A stretch of DNA of 64,000 nt from Burkholderiales bacterium. GTDB taxonomy: Bacteria > Pseudomonadota > Gammaproteobacteria > Burkholderiales > Burkholderiaceae_C. The notes under the pieces are model-generated. The model searched no databases. It was not told the origin of the DNA and worked only from the letters and a program-made list of their open reading frames with translations. Of this stretch, positions 59,365-64,000 are shown piece after piece; position 1 is the first letter of the stretch, and each line of letters begins with the position of its first letter. Both the position numbers and the translations under genes were made by a program. The stretch covers positions 4,984 to 68,983 of the forward strand of contig JBBQZA010000001.1 in assembly GCA_038208175.1 (NCBI GenBank). The letters are read 5' to 3'.

Positions 59365-61674
59365 ATGCCCCAGACACCCTTCACCGCCGATGAAAAGCGT
59401 GCCATCCTGCGCCGCGCTGCTCTCGAGTACCACGAGTTCCCAACCCCCGGAAAAATCCGCATTGCCGTTACCAAACAGTTGGTCAACCAGCACGACCTTG
59501 GACTGGCTTATTCACCCGGCGTGGCAGCGCCCTGTGAAGAAATCGTCAAAGACCCCAACAACGCGTTCAAATACACCAGTCGCGGCAACCTGGTAGCTGT
59601 GATCACCAACGGCACGGCGGTGCTGGGCTTGGGCGATATTGGTCCCCTGGCAGCAAAGCCGGTTATGGAAGGCAAAGGCGTGCTGTTCAAGAAGTTTGCC
59701 GGTATTGATGTGTTTGACATTGAGATCAACGAAAAACATGACCTCGACAAACTGGTTGACATCATCGCATCGCTGGAGCCCACTTTTGGTGCCATCAACC
59801 TGGAAGACATCAAGGCGCCAGACTGCTTCTACGTCGAGCGTGAGTTGCGCAAACGCATGAAGATACCGGTATTCCACGACGATCAGCATGGCACGGCCAT
59901 CACGGTCGGCGCGGCCATCCTCAATGCCTTGAAAGTAGCCGGCAAGGACCCGAAAAAGATCAAACTCGTTACCTCGGGTGCCGGGGCGGCAGCGCTGGCC
60001 TGTCTGGGGCTGCTGGTCAAGCTCGGCATCCCGCGAGAGAACATTTTTGTGACGGACCTGGCTGGCGTGGTCTACGAAGGGCGCACCGAACTGATGGATG
60101 AAGACAAAATTGTTTTCGCTCAAAGAACATCAGCCCGAACTTTGGGCGAAGTGATTGAAGACGCTGACGTTTTTCTGGGTTTGTCTGCCGGCGGGGTATT
60201 GAAGCCAGCCATGGTCAAAAAAATGGCTGCCAACCCGATTGTGTTTGCCTTGGCCAATCCGACCCCGGAAATCCTGCCGGAGGAAGTGAGAGCAGTTCGC
60301 GACGACGCCATTATGGCCACCGGTCGCTCAGACTACCCGAATCAGGTTAACAACGTTCTGTGTTTCCCCTACATATTTCGCGGTGCGCTGGACGCAGGAG
60401 CCTCCACCATCACGATCGAGATGGAGATCGCGGCCGTTCACGCCATTGCTGAATTGGCGCAAGCCGAGCAAAGTGAGGTCGTAGCGGCGGCCTACGCCGG
60501 TGAGAAATTGGCTTTCGGACCGCAATACCTGATTCCCAAACCCTTTGATCCGCGCCTGATGATGAAAATCGCGCCGGCGGTGGCGCAGGCAGCCGCTGAC
60601 AGCGGTGTTGCTCTGCGACCCATCAAGGACATGGAAGCCTACCGGCAGAAGCTGCAAAGCTTTGTTTACGCTTCTGGCACCGTCATGAAGCCGATCTTCA
60701 CGGCCGCCAAGGTCGGGCTCAAAAAACGTGTCGCGTATGCCGAGGGTGAAGAAGAACGCGTCTTGCGCGCGGCCCAGATCGTGGTTGATGAGGGACTGGC
60801 ATTGCCAACCCTGATTGGTCGACCGCTGGTCATTACCGAGCGGATTGAAAAATTTGGTCTGCGTCTGCGCCAGGATGACGATTACAACGTGGTTAATGTC
60901 GAGCAGGACCACCGCTACCGGGATTTCTGGCAAACCTATCACCGCATGACCGAACGCAAGGGCATGACAGCGCAGGTGGCCAAGATCGAAATGCGCCGTC
61001 GCCTGACGCTGATTGGCGCCATGCTGCTGCACAAGGGCGATGTGGACGGAATGATTTGCGGTACCTGGGGCAGCACTTCCATGCACTTGCAGTACCTGGA
61101 TCAGGTGATTGGCAAGCGTGCCGGCGTCAACACTTACGCCTGCATGAATTGCGTGATGCTGCCGGAGCGTCAACTTTTTATTGTCGACACGCACGTCAAT
61201 TACGACCCCAGCGCCGAACAATTGGCTGAGATCACGACCCTGGCCGCCGAAGAAATGATGCGCTTTGGCATTCGACCGAAAGCGGCCCTGCTGTCCCACT
61301 CCAATTTTGGTAGCAGCAGCCAGCCCAGCGCACTCAAGATGCGCCAGGCCCTTGAACTGCTGCGAATGCAAACGCCTTGGCTGGAAGTGGACGGCGAAAT
61401 GCATGGCGACGTTGCGCTGGACGGTGCTGCGCGCGCCGCCCTGATGCCCAACAGCACCTTGACCGGCGACGCCAATCTGCTGGTGCTGCCCAATATCGAT
61501 GCTGCCAATATTGCCTACAACCTGCTCAAGACCGCTGCCGGCGGCAATATTGCCATCGGCCCTGTGCTGCTTGGGGCAGCGAAACCGGTGCACATTCTGA
61601 CGGCCAGCGCCACAGTACGCCGGATCGTCAACATGACAGCCCTGACTGTCGCTGATGCAAACGCTACCCGTTAA
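59365..61674 (+). CDS. maeB: NADP-dependent malic enzyme with PTA domain
   Basis: [42 protein letters not shown]. Confidence 0.97.
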   Translation: MPQTPFTADEKRAILRRAALEYHEFPTPGKIRIAVTKQLVNQHDLGLAYSPGVAAPCEEIVKDPNNAFKYTSRGNLVAVITNGTAVLGLGDIGPLAAKPVMEGKGVLFKKFAGIDVFDIEINEKHDLDKLVDIIASLEPTFGAINLEDIKAPDCFYVERELRKRMKIPVFHDDQHGTAITVGAAILNALKVAGKDPKKIKLVTSGAGAAALACLGLLVKLGIPRENIFVTDLAGVVYEGRTELMDEDKIVFAQRTSARTLGEVIEDADVFLGLSAGGVLKPAMVKKMAANPIVFALANPTPEILPEEVRAVRDDAIMATGRSDYPNQVNNVLCFPYIFRGALDAGASTITIEMEIAAVHAIAELAQAEQSEVVAAAYAGEKLAFGPQYLIPKPFDPRLMMKIAPAVAQAAADSGVALRPIKDMEAYRQKLQSFVYASGTVMKPIFTAAKVGLKKRVAYAEGEEERVLRAAQIVVDEGLALPTLIGRPLVITERIEKFGLRLRQDDDYNVVNVEQDHRYRDFWQTYHRMTERKGMTAQVAKIEMRRRLTLIGAMLLHKGDVDGMICGTWGSTSMHLQYLDQVIGKRAGVNTYACMNCVMLPERQLFIVDTHVNYDPSAEQLAEITTLAAEEMMRFGIRPKAALLSHSNFGSSSQPSALKMRQALELLRMQTPWLEVDGEMHGDVALDGAARAALMPNSTLTGDANLLVLPNIDAANIAYNLLKTAAGGNIAIGPVLLGAAKPVHILTASATVRRIVNMTALTVADANATR

Positions 61675-61812
61675 AGCATTCAAGACAAGTTAGCGCAAAC
61701 TTTTCATTAATTTACATGGTTTTTACTGCCTACTAATTAGGCAGGCGCTTGCTTTTTTTGGCCAAATGCGCGACACTACCTCTTTGGGATTTCGGGGTAA
61801 ACCCGTAGTGTT

Positions 61813-62217
61813 GTGAGAAGCGTAGTTTCGATGCCACGATCAATAAACTTCAAGTTAGCACTTACTGGCTTTTTGTTTTTGGCGTGTCTGGGTTTTGGTT
61901 TGGTGCAGGCTGAAGGGCTTGCTGCGGCAAACACCACGGTATCGGTAGCCAATTTACCGGAGTCGGCTGGACAAACCTACAAGTTGATTCATCAAGGCGG
62001 CCCGTTTGCATATGAAAAGGATGGAATCGTGTTTGGGAACCGGGAGCGCTTGCTACCGCTCCAGAAACGTGGTTACTACCGGGAATACACAGTCACAACA
62101 CCGGGTTCACGCGACCGGGGTATCCGGCGCATTGTTTGCGGCGGACCCGACAGCAAGCCCGACACTTGCTATTACACGGGCGATCACTATGCGAGCTTCC
62201 GCAAGATCGTCCCCTGA
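61813..62217 (+). CDS. Secreted guanyl-specific ribonuclease (barnase/RNase Sa family)
   Basis: GGPF.YEKDG.VFGNRE..LP, YYREYTV, RRIV, YYTGDHY; start uncertain. Confidence 0.9.
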   Translation: MRSVVSMPRSINFKLALTGFLFLACLGFGLVQAEGLAAANTTVSVANLPESAGQTYKLIHQGGPFAYEKDGIVFGNRERLLPLQKRGYYREYTVTTPGSRDRGIRRIVCGGPDSKPDTCYYTGDHYASFRKIVP

Positions 62218-62247
62218 GTTTTTGTCTTTTTGTAAAGTGAAGCGGGA

Positions 62248-62697
62248 ATGAATATGTCACTTACTTTAGAAACACCGGCAACGCCGGGTGCGGAGGCAGA
62301 TGTGCCCTTGCGCAACGTTCGACCCAATATTGTCCAGTCGATTCGCGCTTTTCGGGTGCAGGAACTGCAGGACGCTGCTCGGTCCCTGAGCCAACATTTC
62401 CTGTATGCCAATCTGGCCAACGCCCAGACCAAACAGGACGTTCTGGACTTGATCGGTCAACAATTCATGCTGTCGGTCCACGTCGGCAAGAATTTTGATG
62501 CCCTCTATGACAGCATGACGGACCCGGTGCATAAATCCGGCCCGCAGCCCGGTTTCATCGTGGTGCTTGAACATATTCCCGCGAATGCCAAATTCGACAA
62601 GGAAGCGCGCGAGCAGTTGCTTGATATTTTCCGGGACGCAGCCGATTATTGGGGCGATCGAAAAATTCCGTTTCGATGTTTCTATTCTTTTCTGTAG
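62248..62697 (+). CDS. Barstar family ribonuclease inhibitor
   Basis: GKNFDALYDSMTD motif; follows the RNase gene. Confidence 0.88.
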   Translation: MNMSLTLETPATPGAEADVPLRNVRPNIVQSIRAFRVQELQDAARSLSQHFLYANLANAQTKQDVLDLIGQQFMLSVHVGKNFDALYDSMTDPVHKSGPQPGFIVVLEHIPANAKFDKEAREQLLDIFRDAADYWGDRKIPFRCFYSFL

Positions 62698-62886
62698 CCC
62701 GTTCTGCACACACCAGCCAAGCAGAACGGGCGAACGAGGCAAAGGACGGCAATGCCGTTGGCCAGGCGATGCCTGGCATAGAACTCGCGACCGAGTCCGG
62801 TGAAAAAATGCCGACCGACAAACTGTTGGACATATCACCGCTGGCACTGCGCATGAGCAGTCCCTTCAATGCCGGGTATTGGTTGA

Positions 62887-63657
62887 CTACAGCCTGACCC
62901 CGAGCTTTGCGGCCAAAGTCAGATATTCGGCCACCGGCACTTCCTCGGCGCGACGCTGCACGTCAAACCGATCCTGGTAGCCTTTTTCCTCCAGCCATCG
63001 CCCCAGCGTGTGGCGCAGCAGCTTGCGGCGCTGGCTGAAGGCCACGCGCACAATTTCGCTCAACAAGTCCCGATCCAGCGCCGCTGGGTCCTTAAGCGGC
63101 ACCATACGCACTACTGCACTGTCGACCCTTGGGGGCGGTTGAAAGCTCTCCGGTGGCACAAAAAGAACCATTTTCATCGCGTAGCGCCATTGCAGCATGA
63201 CGCTCAAGCGGCCGTATTCGGCGCTTGCCGGCTGCGCCAGCATGCGGTCAATCACTTCCTTCTGCAGCATGAAGTGTTGGTCTTCAATGACATCCACAAA
63301 ATCGAGCAAATGAAACAGGATCGGTGTCGAAATGTTGTAAGGCAGATTCCCCACCACGCGCAGCTTGCCAACTGCCCGCGCATTGGCCAGTTCGGCGAAA
63401 TCGACTTTCAAGACGTCTGATTCAATCACGGCTAGTTGCCCGTGAAGGCGCAGACGTGCCGCCAGATCGCGGTCCAGTTCAATCACAGTGAGTCGGCCCA
63501 GGTGCTCCACCAGCGGTTGCGTCAGTGCCGCCAGGCCGGGGCCGATCTCCACCATTGCCTGCCCCGGTCGAGGGTCGATCGCCTCGACAATCGCCTCGAC
63601 AATCCCCGCATCAATTAGAAAATGCTGGCCAAAGCGTTTGCGCGGAATATGTTTCAT
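62887..63657 (-). CDS. rsmA: 16S rRNA m6,6A dimethyltransferase
   Basis: [34 protein letters not shown]; start at ATG 63657. Confidence 0.97.
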   Translation of the reverse strand: MKHIPRKRFGQHFLIDAGIVEAIVEAIDPRPGQAMVEIGPGLAALTQPLVEHLGRLTVIELDRDLAARLRLHGQLAVIESDVLKVDFAELANARAVGKLRVVGNLPYNISTPILFHLLDFVDVIEDQHFMLQKEVIDRMLAQPASAEYGRLSVMLQWRYAMKMVLFVPPESFQPPPRVDSAVVRMVPLKDPAALDRDLLSEIVRVAFSQRRKLLRHTLGRWLEEKGYQDRFDVQRRAEEVPVAEYLTLAAKLGVRL

Positions 63658-63683
63658 GCAATGGGCATGCGGATCGTCTGCCT

Positions 63684-64000
63684 TTACTGCGGCGGTTCGC
63701 GCAACTCGACGTAGGCGCGGCCACGCAAATCCTGCGCCCAAGTGACATAACTTTCATCCAGCTTCTTGTCACGCAACATGGTTCGCACCGCCTCGCGTTG
63801 TTCGCGCTCACTCAATGTGACATTGCGCCGCTCCAGCAACTGAACCAAGTGAACACCAAAGCGCGAGATCAGCGGATCGCTGATCTGACCGGGCTCAAGA
63901 CGGTTCATCACTTCTTCAAACTCAGGTACAAACATGCCCGGATTGGCCCACCCCAGATCACCCCCCTGCGCGGCGCTGCCATCCTGTGAGTTGTCGCGTG
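63684..64000 (-). CDS. surA: Peptidyl-prolyl isomerase SurA, 3' portion (5' end off the window)
   Basis: GGDLGW, FVPEFE..M..L.PGQIS.P..SRFGVHL; upstream of rsmA. Confidence 0.88.
   Translation of the reverse strand, partial: RDNSQDGSAAQGGDLGWANPGMFVPEFEEVMNRLEPGQISDPLISRFGVHLVQLLERRNVTLSEREQREAVRTMLRDKKLDESYVTWAQDLRGRAYVELREPPQ

Noticed and set aside
61813-62697. RNase-barstar pair as a novel toxin or defence system
   Set aside because: A known nuclease-inhibitor pair sitting in apparently conserved housekeeping context between maeB and rsmA.

Overview
GC-rich betaproteobacterial chromosomal segment. Gene content and order (glmS/glmU, sdaA, ygfA-slt-GST-cca, maeB-RNase-barstar-rsmA-surA) suggest Comamonadaceae; this is an inference. 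Most of the window is housekeeping or catabolic: glgCA, a CoA-ligase/thiolase/acyl-CoA dehydrogenase/MarR block, a liv-type ABC operon, nagA, an AmmeMemoRadiSam trio, mmsA and ald. Two parts stand out. (1) 32.5-39.6 kb is an integrase-less integron cassette array (CALIN) that the ORF track does not show. It has 7-8 attC sites, all oriented for minus-strand cassettes. It carries two TA-type cassettes, two HEPN-like candidate defence cassettes, a SHOCT lipoprotein and DUF2784. It is interrupted by an ORF-less class IIC group II intron sitting in an attC core site, and by an MNT-HEPN module flanked by two maleylacetate-reductase-like gene tails. (2) 50.5-59.2 kb holds both routes of glutaryl-CoA oxidation side by side. 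One is the usual decarboxylating GcdH with its LysR and a CoA-transferase. The other is a strict-anaerobe-type non-decarboxylating glutaryl-CoA dehydrogenase with a complete biotin-dependent Na+-pumping glutaconyl-CoA decarboxylase (alpha, beta, gamma, delta). The window also shows many deletion remnants (acyl-CoA ligase, sulfatase, GNAT, Crp, bauA-like, mnmC), several with short microhomology junctions. A bauA-like aminotransferase appears to have been displaced by a foreign class III aminotransferase, and a ~118-bp hairpin element occurs twice with compensatory substitutions. No rRNA, tRNA or CRISPR array was seen. All family assignments come from motif recognition by eye; no database search was run.
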